Positions 15,023-15,244 of a stretch of 15,244 nucleotides of DNA are shown here, piece after piece (positions within the stretch are counted from its first letter, which is position 1; every line of letters starts with the position of its first letter). This DNA is from Candidatus Krumholzibacteriota bacterium (GTDB lineage Bacteria; Krumholzibacteriota; Krumholzibacteriia; LZORAL124-64-63), in contig JBDLKA010000086.1 of assembly GCA_039714075.1 (NCBI GenBank), positions 1 to 15,244 on the forward strand, in the 5' to 3' direction. The notes beneath the pieces are model-generated. The model was not told the DNA's origin. It ran no database searches and worked only from the letters and a program-made list of their open reading frames with translations. A program made the translations under genes and the position numbers.

Positions 15023-15244
15023 TCAGGGAATGTTGATGCTGCCGGACCCCACCAGGACACACTGGCCGCCGACATGGATGTCGTCGGCCTGTCCCCCGGA
15101 GATCCCGGCTTCGGCAATGATGCGGCTGGGGCGACCCATTTCGAGGCCCTGCTCGCTAATGATTCGCACCTTGGAACTGAACTTTACCAGACGATGCTTC
15201 ACCAGATAGGCCACCAGGGCCCCGGTCGCGGCGCCACTGGCGGC
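15023..15244 (-). CDS. PhzF-family isomerase, C-terminal part (starts beyond the right edge)
   Basis: The frame reads AASGAATGALVAYLVKH...SEQGLEMGRPSRI...IHVGGQCVLVGSGSI. EQGxEMGRPS and VGG are characteristic of the PhzF C-terminus. Confidence 0.85.
   Translation of the reverse strand, partial: AASGAATGALVAYLVKHRLVKFSSKVRIISEQGLEMGRPSRIIAEAGISGGQADDIHVGGQCVLVGSGSINIP

Noticed and set aside
4134..15062. N-terminal extensions in the ORF track (345-aa hypothetical, 592-aa RimO, 491-aa AccC, 423-aa PilT, 581-aa ACAD)
   Set aside because: The extensions overlap neighbouring genes or regulatory regions. Family N-termini, SD sites or coupled stop/start overlaps point to the downstream starts, so these are not fusions.
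15023..15244. PhzF near aroQ as a phenazine biosynthesis cluster
   Set aside because: PhzF-like genes are widespread as singletons, and no phzA/B/D/E/G is visible in the window.

Overview
GC-rich (roughly 60-65% by eye) bacterial chromosomal segment with 14 genes, all on the minus strand. In transcription order (right to left): PhzF-family isomerase (3' end only), long-form acyl-CoA dehydrogenase, TPR protein, aroQ, efp, accB, PilT/PilU-family ATPase, accC, ftsK, rimO, exported hypothetical protein, bamD, nadD and polA (truncated by the window edge and absent from the ORF track). I see no mobile element, CRISPR array, tRNA or rRNA. This is mostly a housekeeping super-operon, and I cannot support a clearly new multi-gene system. 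The best leads are: (1) a lone pilus-retraction ATPase that splits accB from accC as an insulated unit, with a terminator on each side and a sigma-28-like promoter; (2) a ~110-nt rod-like RNA structure in the accC leader that overlaps the ribosome-binding site; (3) an uncharacterised exported, C-terminally anchored protein just upstream of bamD; (4) a RimO with a remodelled, enlarged TRAM domain. The gene set suggests a diderm organism, possibly of the FCB group or Deltaproteobacteria-like, but that is inference only. The long plus-strand ORFs are antisense shadows.
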